64,000 nucleotides of DNA, from the NCBI GenBank assembly GCA_011192125.1, contig DUEL01000005.1:1512-65511 (forward strand), given 5' to 3'. This stretch comes from Thermoflexia bacterium. GTDB taxonomy: Bacteria > Chloroflexota > Anaerolineae > B4-G1 > DUEL01. Below are positions 1 to 8,764 of this stretch, in pieces. The notes beneath the pieces are model-generated. The model saw only the letters and a list, made by a program, of their open reading frames with translations, did no database searches and had not been told where the DNA came from. A program made the position numbers and the translations under genes. Positions within the stretch are counted from its first letter, which is position 1. Every line of letters starts with the position of its first letter.

Positions 1-2157
1 TACGCTCGCCAGGGCCCTTTCTGGTCCCTCACAGGCAACGCCGGGACCCGGCCAGGCACGAACCTGCTGGGCACCACCGACGGGGTGAGCCTGACCCTGG
101 GCGTGAGTAACACGGTAGGGTGGCGGATGGAGCCGACCAGCGGGACCCCCAACATCATCGGCGGGTACGCAGGCAACGGCCCGATCACCACGACGGTGGG
201 CGTGTTCATCGGCGGAGGCGGGAGGGCAGGAGCAAGCAACGTCGCCGGAGCCGATTATGTGGCCATCGGCGGCGGAGAGCACATCAGCGCGACGGGCTAC
301 GCCGCAACGGTGGCAGGCGGCTCCTGGATCACCGCCACCGGCGACTACGCTGCCATCGGCGGCGGGTTGCATAACACCACCGGTCGGGAGTACGCCACCG
401 TCGGAGGGGGATACAGGAACTCCGCCTCTGGCCCCTACAACACCGTTGCCGGGGGACGGGCCAACACCGCCGCCGACTGGTACAGCACGGTCGGCGGAGG
501 GTTCCACAACACCGCCCAGGGCTACTACGCCACCGTGGGCGGAGGAACTTACAACAGCACCGCAGCCTCGTATGCCACCGTCGGCGGAGGCTACAGCAAC
601 CTGGCCAGCGGCCAATACGCCACCACCCCCGGCGGCTACGATAACACCGCCCAGGGCGACTATTCCTTCGCAGCCGGTTACCGGGCCAGGGCCAACCACC
701 AAGGCTCCTTCGTCTGGGCCGACTCCACCGACGCCGACTTCACCTCCAACGCCACCGACGAGTTCGCCGTGCGGGCATACGGCGGCGTGCGGCTGGTGAC
801 CAACGGCGCGGGGGCAACCGTAGACGGCAACGCGATCTGGCACGAAGGGAACGACGGCTCCGGCTCCGGATTGGACGCTGACACACTGGACGGCTACCAC
901 GCCAGCCAGTTGGGCTCCAGCCACACCCACGATCACAGCTCCCTGACCGGCCTGGCCAACGACGACCATCCCCAGTACTTCCATCTGGACCAGGATGAGA
1001 CGGTGAACGGCCGCCCCGCCTTCAACGGCGGGACCTCCGGCGTCAGCCCGCCTTTTACTGTGGACAGCACCTATCTGGTGGCCAACCTCAACGCCGACCG
1101 GCTGGACGGCTATCACGCCGGCAATAGCAACGGCAACATCCCCCTCAACAACGGGACGCTCAACGCCAACCTCAACGCCGACATGCTGGACGGGCAACAC
1201 GCCAGCGCGTTCGCCAGCGCCTCCCATAGCCACTGGGGCGAGACGTGGACCGGCACTGGCACGGGACTCTCGCTGTCCGGCGGTTCGAGAGGACTCTACG
1301 GCTCCGGCAGCACCTACGGCGTCCACGGCTACTCGACCAGCAGCAACCCGACCTACGCCGGAGTGTACGGGACTGCCTCTGCAGCGCATGGGGTGCTCGG
1401 CGATACCAACGCCGGCGGTCGGGCCGGCGTCAAGGGGATCGGTAACAACGGCACATCCGATTCACCCGCCGGACCGACCGGCATCTGGGGCACCAGCGAC
1501 AGCGGGTACGGCGGGTTCTTCAGCAACTCCAGCACCACCTATCCCGCCCTGTGGGTTCGCAACCAGGGAACAGGAGGAGACCTAATCGTCGCCTACGGCA
1601 CCAGCAGCAGCGACCCCGAGTTCCGCGTGACCAACTCCGGCGACGTCTACGCCGACGGGACCTACTACTGCGGCCAGTCCATCGACGACAACGCCGGCAC
1701 GCTGGATGAGACCGAGCTCTCTCCCTGTCTTGTAGACAGCACACCGGCCGACTTCGCCGAGGTGCTTCCGGCCGAAACGGACCTGGAGCCGGGGGACGTG
1801 CTGGTGATCGGCCCGGATGGGCGGTTGGTCCGCAGTACCACCCCCTACGATCCGGCCGTGGCGGGCGTCTACTCCACGCGCCCCAGTTACGTGGGCGGCG
1901 CGGCCAACCTGGATCAGGCCGGCTTCGCCCCTCTGGCCGTCATGGGGATCGTACCGGTCAAGGCCAGCGCGGAGAACGGCCCCATCAACCCCGGCGACCT
2001 CCTCACCACCTCCTCCACTCCCGGTCACGCGATGAAGGCCAGCCCCGTCACAGTGAACGGCGTCACCTTCTACCCCAGCGGGGTCATCCTCGGCAAGGCG
2101 CTGGAGGGACTGCAGGAAGGAACCGGCACCATCCTGATGCTGGTGATGCTCCAATAG
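1..2157 (+). CDS. Large fibre/adhesin-like surface protein, 5'-truncated: Gly-rich GGGYxNxA repeats, tail-fibre-like LDADxLDG repeats, C-terminal autocleaving-chaperone-like domain
   Basis: Frame is open from base 1 (YARQGPFWSLTGNAG...). About 14-aa repeats ATVGGGYxNxAxG; LDADTLDGYHAS, LNADRLDGYHAG, LNADMLDGQHAS; C-terminal ADFAE...PGDVLVI...VAGVYST...GKALE. Confidence 0.7.
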   Translation, partial: YARQGPFWSLTGNAGTRPGTNLLGTTDGVSLTLGVSNTVGWRMEPTSGTPNIIGGYAGNGPITTTVGVFIGGGGRAGASNVAGADYVAIGGGEHISATGYAATVAGGSWITATGDYAAIGGGLHNTTGREYATVGGGYRNSASGPYNTVAGGRANTAADWYSTVGGGFHNTAQGYYATVGGGTYNSTAASYATVGGGYSNLASGQYATTPGGYDNTAQGDYSFAAGYRARANHQGSFVWADSTDADFTSNATDEFAVRAYGGVRLVTNGAGATVDGNAIWHEGNDGSGSGLDADTLDGYHASQLGSSHTHDHSSLTGLANDDHPQYFHLDQDETVNGRPAFNGGTSGVSPPFTVDSTYLVANLNADRLDGYHAGNSNGNIPLNNGTLNANLNADMLDGQHASAFASASHSHWGETWTGTGTGLSLSGGSRGLYGSGSTYGVHGYSTSSNPTYAGVYGTASAAHGVLGDTNAGGRAGVKGIGNNGTSDSPAGPTGIWGTSDSGYGGFFSNSSTTYPALWVRNQGTGGDLIVAYGTSSSDPEFRVTNSGDVYADGTYYCGQSIDDNAGTLDETELSPCLVDSTPADFAEVLPAETDLEPGDVLVIGPDGRLVRSTTPYDPAVAGVYSTRPSYVGGAANLDQAGFAPLAVMGIVPVKASAENGPINPGDLLTTSSTPGHAMKASPVTVNGVTFYPSGVILGKALEGLQEGTGTILMLVMLQ

Positions 2158-2167
2158 GAGGTGGACG

Positions 2168-2446
2168 ATGAGAAAAACGGTCGTTCTCCTCCTTTTCCTG
2201 GTCCTCCTCACCGTCCCCGCCCTGGCCCAGTCGGGCGGGGGGTACGACCTCTCGTGGTGGACGGTGGACGGAGGCGGGTGGACCTTCAGCACCGGTGGAG
2301 GGTACGCCCTGGGTGGCACCATCGGCCAGGCGGACCCCGGAGAGGCAAGCGGCGGTACTTACACTCTCCTCGGCGGCTTCTGGCCCAGCGGTGCGACCGC
2401 CGGCTCCAAGGTTTACCTCCCCCTGATCCTCCGGAATTTCCCTTGA
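2168..2446 (+). CDS. Small secreted protein (YDLSWWTVDGGG...GTIGQ...GGFW) with C-terminal VYLPLILR motif
   Basis: RBS GGAGG, signal peptide ending ALA, 92 aa, starts 10 nt after the fibre gene stop. Confidence 0.75.
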   Translation: MRKTVVLLLFLVLLTVPALAQSGGGYDLSWWTVDGGGWTFSTGGGYALGGTIGQADPGEASGGTYTLLGGFWPSGATAGSKVYLPLILRNFP

Positions 2447-2467
2447 CTCCACCCTAGACAACCCCAT

Positions 2468-2507
2468 CCGGCCCTCACCCCACGAGCAGTAACGGGGTGA
2501 GGGCCGG
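2468..2507. repeat. Palindromic CCCTCACCCC...GGGGTGAGGG element
   Basis: Perfect 14-bp inverted repeat ccggccctcacccc/ggggtgagggccgg. Confidence 0.7.
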
Positions 2508-2508
2508 A

Positions 2509-2580
2509 GCAGAGACGCAGAGAGCGCAGAGAACAGATGGGGAAAATGTAGAACCCCGCGCCCTGCGCGCCTCTGCGGTT
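2509..2580. repeat. Family A palindromic repeat (9-nt period CAC/CGCAGAG arms)
   Basis: gcagagacgcagagagcgcagag ... ccctgcgcgcctctgcggtt. Confidence 0.75.
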
Positions 2581-2618
2581 GCGGGAAACCTGATAGCCCT
2601 ATACCAGACGCCTGCCAC

Positions 2619-2773
2619 TGGAGTTTGGACAAGAGTTCGGACATACCCAATCCGCCCCGCCGTAAACAGGCGGGGCTGGCGGGAAATCGATCCAGCACCG
2701 GCTGAAGAGCCGGTGCTGGACGAGCCGGGAAAGGGTTTCATTGGCGATGTCCGAACTCCTGTCCGAAGGTCAG
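2619..2773 (+). mobile_element. MITE-like element, copy 1 (~155 bp)
   Basis: 21-bp inverted repeats at 2624-2644 and 2747-2767 (19/21 match); internal hairpins; homologous to 31949-32104 and 36708-36830. Confidence 0.7.
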
Positions 2774-2782
2774 CTGTCGACC

Positions 2783-2811
2783 TTGACACGCTAAGGGTTC
2801 ACCTGTATACT
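2783..2811 (+). promoter_or_regulatory. Sigma70-type promoter
   Basis: TTGACA-17 nt-TATACT. Confidence 0.65.
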
Positions 2812-2985
2812 GGAACCGGTGGAAGCATTTGGGGAAGTTCCTCTACGACATCTCCTCTGATCTAGAGGCGAACGTAGCCACTTCTCCGCTGTGCACCTCT
2901 CTGCGGTTCCCCGCCCTGGATGCCTCCCAGGCGCCTCTTCGTGAGGGCCATCAGACCGTTCTCGCCACGCTAGGAGGCAAAAGCG

Positions 2986-5900
2986 ATGGACCTCTTCAGT
3001 ACAAGAGCCGGCCGCCTGATCGCCGGTGCTCTGGCGTTGCTGCTGTTAGCGGGTGCCGGATACGCGACCATAGAGGGCGTATCCTTCCTCGGCAATCTGG
3101 AAGACACCCTCTCGAGGCTGGGGGCCGCTCTCGCCAGCCCAGCCAGTCCATCGGAGGGCGAGGGAGCGACTCCCGAGCCGACCGATGAGCCTGCAGAGGC
3201 CCCCACCGAGGAAGAGCCCGAGAGAGTCACTCCCGAGGCAACCGAAGGGGCAAGCGAAGAAACAACCCAGCCAGCCTCTCCCATCCCTACTCCCACCCCG
3301 ATCCCCGAGGACTTTGTGGTGCTCTACCCCGGCGAGGGAGACACCGTAGTCATCGACGCCAACCACCCCGAAATCCAGGTCCGCCTCCTCAGCCGTGAGG
3401 CCGAACTGAAGGGAGTTCGGGTCGAGTTGCTGATCTACCAGGACAAGGCTGGCACTCCATTGAGCCCGGCGCTGACGAGCGTCGCCGTGGCCGAAGGCCT
3501 GACGCTCACCACCACCCAACCTGTCAACGCACTGCTCACCTTTGCTAACCTGCCTCCCTCTGGAGAGTACGGAGGATGGCTGGTGGCGACAGCCACCAAC
3601 GGCCGGACACTCTCCCGGCGCGTCAACATTCTGGTCTCGAACCCTACGGCCGGAGAGGTGATGCTCCTCTACCCCAACCCGACCGGCAGCGACGCGCTCG
3701 TCATCAGCGCCGAGCACCCCGCGGCCCAGATCCGCCTGGTCAACACAGGAATCGTTACGACGAGCGCGAGGGTCCGGCTGACGGTACACCAGCCGAAAGA
3801 AGGCACCCCCCTGAGTCCCGGCCCCGTCGGTACAACGGAAGCCTCCATCGCCGTGCTACCCCCCAACGAACCCACAAACGTGACGATCAGTTTTCAACCT
3901 GAGACGCTGCCTCCCTCCGGGGAGTACGAGGGGTGGCTGGTGATCGAGACGGAGGATGCGGAGCCGCTGACCCAGAAGGTCACGCTGCAGATCTCGCGCC
4001 CCGCCTTTTCGATCCAGCACCGCCTAACCGGGAAAGCCGAGGGGGAACGAGCAATCCTGTTGACGGGCATACGCTGGCTGCCGCTGGCCCCCAGGAGCAT
4101 CACCTGGGAACCCTACCGCATGCGCTTCTGGGAGAAGGACCGTCAGGAGGTTTCCTTCGAGTTCCTCCCCACCGAACTGGTCGATGGGTCCACCGGACAG
4201 GTGGGCTACCTGAACGTCGCGCCTGTCTCCTCCCCCATCGAGGGGGTGACGGAAGTGGACCTGAGCATAGAGGGCGTGCGGTATCCTGGCCTCTATGAGG
4301 GCCTCCTCGTCGTCCGCACAGCTGAGGGCTGGGCCATCGAGGCAATCCACGTCACCGCGAGGGTGTGCGATTTCTATATCTGGCCGTTCCTGGCGATCGT
4401 CATCGGCGCCCTGTCCATCGGCCTTCTACTCCGCGCTGGTCTGCGCGATACCAAGAGCAGCATCCCCTTCCAGAGATACCTTCTCGCGGTCGCCCGACAA
4501 CGCCTGGACGCGGCGTGTGCTGCTTCGCCTCCCACCCGGGTGTGCAAGGACATCGGGCAGAAGTTGGATCAGGTGGAAATGGCGTTAGCCTTCGGGGACG
4601 TGGACCAGGCGCGGGTGTGGCTCGCCGAGGCGATGGAAGCGATCCACAACCTCAAGACCGCCGCCTCTCATATGGCTGCGTTCAAGGCCAAACTGGAAGA
4701 ATCGGAGGCGGAGGGCGAAGGGGATCTGGAAGACGTCCGCCGAAAATACGAGGCCGCCGAGATCTACTTCCAGGCAGGCGACTGGGCCAGCCTGGAGACA
4801 GTCCTGAAGGAAGCGGAGGTAGCGCTTGATCGATCTACCCTGATGGTAGAGTTGGACCTCGACCGCACCGCTCGACTCCTCCAACAAGAGGTGGGGATAC
4901 CCCACATCAGAGGCCGAGTAACCGACCCTTCTGGAGGGGAACGGGTCCTGGAGGACGGGGGAGTCCTGTACACCGATGAAACCGTCGAATTCACCGTATC
5001 CCCAACGGACGACGGGGTGTTTGAATGGGAGGTCTGGTGGGTCCGTCGCTTCTATCCGGACAAGGTAATGGCTCGATCGAAGGAACCGACCAGCACGTTT
5101 ACGCCAACCTTTGAGTGGGCCCCCGTGCACCGCTACCCGCGTGTATGCAAGGTGACGGCCCGCTCCGATGGCGGTCTGCCTCCTTTCATGCTTTCTTTCG
5201 AGATACGCCATCCATTCCGGATCTGGCTGCCGGACACGGTCCGGGCGGGACAGCGAGTGGCCCTGCGGCTACTCCCGGAGCGCGCTGGAGAGAGGCCGCC
5301 CAAAGGGTATCGCTGGTACGTGGATGGAGTGCCTGTCGACTCGCCCCATCTGTTCAAAAAGCCCGGTGAGTACCAGATCACGGCCCGGGCTAAAGGGCGA
5401 CTGCTTGCCGCGACCGTGGTGAGGGTACATCGGAGCCTGGTGGAGATCGCGGCGAAGCGGTACAAGCGGCAAGCCTGTATCGCTATTCTGGCGTGGGCAG
5501 CGGTGGCGGGGGTCATCGGACTGATCTACATCGCAGAGAGGGTCCCCACCTTTGGTCGCTCTTGGCAGGACTACCTCTTGGCGCTGGCGTGGGGTCTGGG
5601 GGTCAGCGCCTCGGTGACCCCCAAAGAGGGTGTAGTGGATGCGATCAAGAAGGCAGTGGGCATCCAACCTCCGGCGAAGGAGACGGTCCCGCTCCTGAAG
5701 GGGAAGACCAAAGCGGAGGCCCAAAGGCTGATCGCCGGGAAGTTCATACCGAAGTGGGAGCCCAAAGAGGCGAAGGAGGACTGGATCGTCGCCGAGCAGC
5801 GACCCTCTGCCGGGACCGCTGCCAAGAAAGGGACCGAGATCACCATCGTCCTTCAGCAGCCCAAGTCCCGCCCCGCCCTCTCCATTACGAAGGTGAATCC

Positions 5901-6150
5901 CACCACGGGGAAAAGAGACGAAAAGGAAGTCAAGGTCACCATCACCGGGTCGGGTTTCGCCCAGGGGGCTACGGCCCGGCTGGAGCGGAAGGACGTGCAA
6001 CCCATTCCGGCCAAGACGGTCCGAATCCTGGACGCAGGGAAGATGGAGTGCGTCTTCGACCTGAAGGGGAGACCCACCGGTGAGTGGGACGTCGTCGTGG
6101 CGATCGGCGATAAGAGCGCGAGGAAGGAAAAGGGCTTCCGGATAACGTGA
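2986..6150 (+). CDS. Large multi-domain membrane protein: tandem Ig-like repeats, TM segments, PASTA-like and IPT/TIG-like C-terminal domains
   Basis: RBS GGAGG; N-terminal hydrophobic segment; duplicated VLYP...GTPLSP...LPPSGEYxGWLV; VPLLKGKTKAEA...VAEQRPSAG (PASTA-like); ITKVNP...VTITGSGF (TIG-like). Confidence 0.7.
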   Translation: MDLFSTRAGRLIAGALALLLLAGAGYATIEGVSFLGNLEDTLSRLGAALASPASPSEGEGATPEPTDEPAEAPTEEEPERVTPEATEGASEETTQPASPIPTPTPIPEDFVVLYPGEGDTVVIDANHPEIQVRLLSREAELKGVRVELLIYQDKAGTPLSPALTSVAVAEGLTLTTTQPVNALLTFANLPPSGEYGGWLVATATNGRTLSRRVNILVSNPTAGEVMLLYPNPTGSDALVISAEHPAAQIRLVNTGIVTTSARVRLTVHQPKEGTPLSPGPVGTTEASIAVLPPNEPTNVTISFQPETLPPSGEYEGWLVIETEDAEPLTQKVTLQISRPAFSIQHRLTGKAEGERAILLTGIRWLPLAPRSITWEPYRMRFWEKDRQEVSFEFLPTELVDGSTGQVGYLNVAPVSSPIEGVTEVDLSIEGVRYPGLYEGLLVVRTAEGWAIEAIHVTARVCDFYIWPFLAIVIGALSIGLLLRAGLRDTKSSIPFQRYLLAVARQRLDAACAASPPTRVCKDIGQKLDQVEMALAFGDVDQARVWLAEAMEAIHNLKTAASHMAAFKAKLEESEAEGEGDLEDVRRKYEAAEIYFQAGDWASLETVLKEAEVALDRSTLMVELDLDRTARLLQQEVGIPHIRGRVTDPSGGERVLEDGGVLYTDETVEFTVSPTDDGVFEWEVWWVRRFYPDKVMARSKEPTSTFTPTFEWAPVHRYPRVCKVTARSDGGLPPFMLSFEIRHPFRIWLPDTVRAGQRVALRLLPERAGERPPKGYRWYVDGVPVDSPHLFKKPGEYQITARAKGRLLAATVVRVHRSLVEIAAKRYKRQACIAILAWAAVAGVIGLIYIAERVPTFGRSWQDYLLALAWGLGVSASVTPKEGVVDAIKKAVGIQPPAKETVPLLKGKTKAEAQRLIAGKFIPKWEPKEAKEDWIVAEQRPSAGTAAKKGTEITIVLQQPKSRPALSITKVNPTTGKRDEKEVKVTITGSGFAQGATARLERKDVQPIPAKTVRILDAGKMECVFDLKGRPTGEWDVVVAIGDKSARKEKGFRIT

Positions 6151-6174
6151 GGATCCCCCACAGACATTGAAGTT

Positions 6175-6244
6175 CACCACAGAGGCGCAGAGGGCGCAGA
6201 CTCCTTACATTTTCTGCGTCCGCGTTCTCCGCGCCTTTGTGGTT
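6175..6244. repeat. Family A palindromic repeat
   Basis: caccacagaggcgcagagggcgcaga ... ctccgcgcctttgtggtt. Confidence 0.8.
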
Positions 6245-6301
6245 CGACACGCCCCCGTGATCTTGCCCCGAACCCCAAATACAACTCAAGTACTGTTTTG
6301 C

Positions 6302-6330
6302 TTGCGCAAGGCTACCACCTGTGTTATAAT
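6302..6330 (+). promoter_or_regulatory. nusA operon promoter
   Basis: TTGCGC-17 nt-TATAAT with TGn extended -10. Confidence 0.7.
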
Positions 6331-6355
6331 GTGTTTAAAGGATATGGGGGTGGTG

Positions 6356-6386
6356 GAAAGTGGGTGCGCGAAGCCCACTTTCTTTA
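6356..6386 (+). promoter_or_regulatory. Leader hairpin / putative attenuator ahead of nusA
   Basis: gaaagtggg...cccactttc followed by ttt, lying between the promoter and the start codon. Confidence 0.55.
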
Positions 6387-6406
6387 ATATAGGCGGTGGT
6401 AGCCCG

Positions 6407-8413
6407 ATGAAAAGCGAGTTCATTTTAGCCCTAAACCAAATCTGTGCTGACCGGAACCTATCGCAGGAAGTAGTACTGGAGGCGATCAAGAGCGCCCTTG
6501 TCCGCGCCTACCAGCGGGACACCGGCGCGCCCGCCGGGCAGAACGTCCAGGTGAAGATCGACCTCCGCACGGGAGGCGTCCGCATCTACGCCGAACGACT
6601 CGTCGTCGCCGAGGTCACCGACCCGAAGACGGAGATCTCCCTGGAGGACGCCCGCAAGATCAAGCCGGACGCCGAGGTAGGCGAGCGGATCATGGTCGAA
6701 GACACGCCGGCCAACTTCGGCCGCATCGCCGCCCAGACGGCCCGGCAGGTGATCCTCCAGCGCATCCGGGAAGCGGAGCGGGAGGCCCAGTACAACCACT
6801 TCCGCGAGCAGGAGGGTGAACTGGTCTACGGCACGGTCCAGAGCGTCTCCCCCCATCAGGTGACCCTCCGCCTGGGCCGCACCGAGGCGATCATGCCCCG
6901 CAAGGAACAGGTCCCCGGCGAGCGGTACAACCTCCACGACCGCATCCGGGCCTACGTGCTGGAGGTCCGCAAGACCCCGCGCGGGCCGGAGATCATCGTC
7001 TCCCGTAGCCACAAGAAGATGCTCCGCCGCCTCCTCGAACTGGAGGTGCCGGAGATCGCCAATGGAACGGTGGAGATCAAGGCCATTGCCCGGGAGGCGG
7101 GCTCTCGGTCCAAGGTCGCCGTGGCCGCCCGACAGCCCGGCGTCGACCCCGTGGGCGCCTGCGTGGGCATGCGGGGCATCCGCATCCAGTCCATCGTGAA
7201 AGAACTGGGCGGGGAGAAGGTCGATATCATCGAATGGAGTCCCGACCCCGTCACCTTCATCGCCAAGGCCCTCAGCCCCGCCAAGGTGCTCAGCGTGATG
7301 CTGGAGGAGGATCCCGTGGAGGGGCGGACGGCCAACGTCGTCGTGCCCGACGACCAACTCTCCCTCGCCATCGGGCGAGCCGGGCAGAACGCCCGGTTGG
7401 CCGCCAAACTGACCGGCTGGCGGATCGACATCCAGAGCGTGACCGAGGCCGTCGAGTGGGCGATCCAGAAGATCAACGAGGACCCCGAACTTCTGAACTC
7501 CCTGGGGCCCACGGCCGAACGACTGCCGACGGTGGTCGCCGCGTTGCGCCATCACAAGGAGGAGGGACTCCCCTACAATCTGGAAGAGATGGCCGCAATG
7601 CGAGAGGTCATTGAGGCGGTCCGGCGCCACTACATCTCGATGCGAGACGCCGAGCGGGCTCGCCTGGCCGCCCAGGAAGCGGCCCGACGGGCCGCCCTGG
7701 AGGAGGCCCGCGCCGCCCGCGAGGCCGAGATCCAGGCCGCCAAAGCCCGCATCCCGCCCGCCGCCTACGACATCCCCATCACCGAGATCGGGCTCAGCCA
7801 ACGGGTCCTCGGCCACCTGCAGCGGGGCGGCATCGAGAACGTGGGCCAGTTGATGGAACACCTGGCAGAAGGAGACGAGGGGCTCCTGAAACTGGACGGC
7901 ATCGGTCCCAAGGCCCTCAGCGAGGTCCACAACGCGTTGGATCAACTCGACCTGCCGCCTGCGGAGCCGAAGGAGGAGGTTACCCCGGCTGAGGCGGCTC
8001 CCGTGACCGAGGCCCCGGTCGCCGAGGAGAAGGAGCCTGTCGCCGAAGCCGCTCCTCTGGCTGAACCGCCTGCGCCGCCCGCCGAGGAGGTACCGACGGA
8101 AGCGATTGCACCACCCGTCGAGGAGGCCCCGGCAGAGGCTCCTCCGTCCACTCCCGAGGAGGCCGTCGAGGAGAAACCCGAAGAGGAAGAAGAGGCCCTG
8201 GAGGAGATATGGGAGGAGGTCCTCGAAGAAGAGGAGGAAGAAGAGGAAGAGGTCATCGAAATCCTCCAGCAGAAGAAGAAGCGGCCCAAACGGCCCAAGC
8301 GCCAGTTGGTATACGACGAGGAACTGGGCCGGGTCGTCGCCATCCGGAGACACCGCCGCGGCGAACTGGATGAAGATTGGCTCTTGGAGGAGGATTGGGA
8401 GGATCTGGCGTAG
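6407..8413 (+). CDS. nusA: Transcription termination/antitermination factor NusA with long C-terminal extension
   Basis: FGRIAAQTARQVI, AREAGSRSKVAV, GACVGMRG, SLAIGRAGQNARLA; true start ATG 6407. Confidence 0.97.
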   Translation: MKSEFILALNQICADRNLSQEVVLEAIKSALVRAYQRDTGAPAGQNVQVKIDLRTGGVRIYAERLVVAEVTDPKTEISLEDARKIKPDAEVGERIMVEDTPANFGRIAAQTARQVILQRIREAEREAQYNHFREQEGELVYGTVQSVSPHQVTLRLGRTEAIMPRKEQVPGERYNLHDRIRAYVLEVRKTPRGPEIIVSRSHKKMLRRLLELEVPEIANGTVEIKAIAREAGSRSKVAVAARQPGVDPVGACVGMRGIRIQSIVKELGGEKVDIIEWSPDPVTFIAKALSPAKVLSVMLEEDPVEGRTANVVVPDDQLSLAIGRAGQNARLAAKLTGWRIDIQSVTEAVEWAIQKINEDPELLNSLGPTAERLPTVVAALRHHKEEGLPYNLEEMAAMREVIEAVRRHYISMRDAERARLAAQEAARRAALEEARAAREAEIQAAKARIPPAAYDIPITEIGLSQRVLGHLQRGGIENVGQLMEHLAEGDEGLLKLDGIGPKALSEVHNALDQLDLPPAEPKEEVTPAEAAPVTEAPVAEEKEPVAEAAPLAEPPAPPAEEVPTEAIAPPVEEAPAEAPPSTPEEAVEEKPEEEEEALEEIWEEVLEEEEEEEEEVIEILQQKKKRPKRPKRQLVYDEELGRVVAIRRHRRGELDEDWLLEEDWEDLA

Positions 8414-8764
8414 ATGGCGAAGAAGCAAGGGCGTCGCAGACACGTCCCACACCGGACCTGCGTCGCCTGTCGGACGGTGCGCCCGAAGCGGGAGTTGATC
8501 CGCGTCGTGCGCACCCCCGAGGGGGAGGTCGCGGTAGATGAGCGCGGCAAGCAGAGCGGCCGTGGCGCCTACCTGTGCCCCCAACGGACCTGCTGGGAGC
8601 AGGCCTTGAGACGCCGCGTCCTCGACCGGGCGCTGAAGGTCTCTTTGGACGGGGAGACGATCGCCGCGTTGCGGGCCTACGCCGAGGGCCTGCCGGAGCG
8701 CATCGAATTGGACGAAGAGGACCTGGCTGCGAAGGAGGAAGTGGATGGGAGAGAAGAGGAATAA
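8414..8764 (+). CDS. ylxR: YlxR/DUF448 family RNA-binding protein
   Basis: PHRTCVACR...LIRVVR...GRGAYLC; located between nusA and infB. Confidence 0.93.
   Translation: MAKKQGRRRHVPHRTCVACRTVRPKRELIRVVRTPEGEVAVDERGKQSGRGAYLCPQRTCWEQALRRRVLDRALKVSLDGETIAALRAYAEGLPERIELDEEDLAAKEEVDGREEE

Noticed and set aside
1..2157. Prophage
   Set aside because: No capsid, terminase, integrase or other phage genes in the window; upstream sequence is unseen.
2497..2865. Small ORFs over the 2450-2980 intergenic region
   Set aside because: Translations of repeat/MITE sequence; similar spurious peptides recur at 31777-32253.
6167..6406. ORF-track N-terminal extensions of nusA, glyA-gcvT, thrS, pyk, ribF, GNAT, ppsR, nrdR and the 5-formyl-THF cyclo-ligase
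   Set aside because: They run through repeats, promoters, riboswitches or upstream genes; downstream starts fit better.
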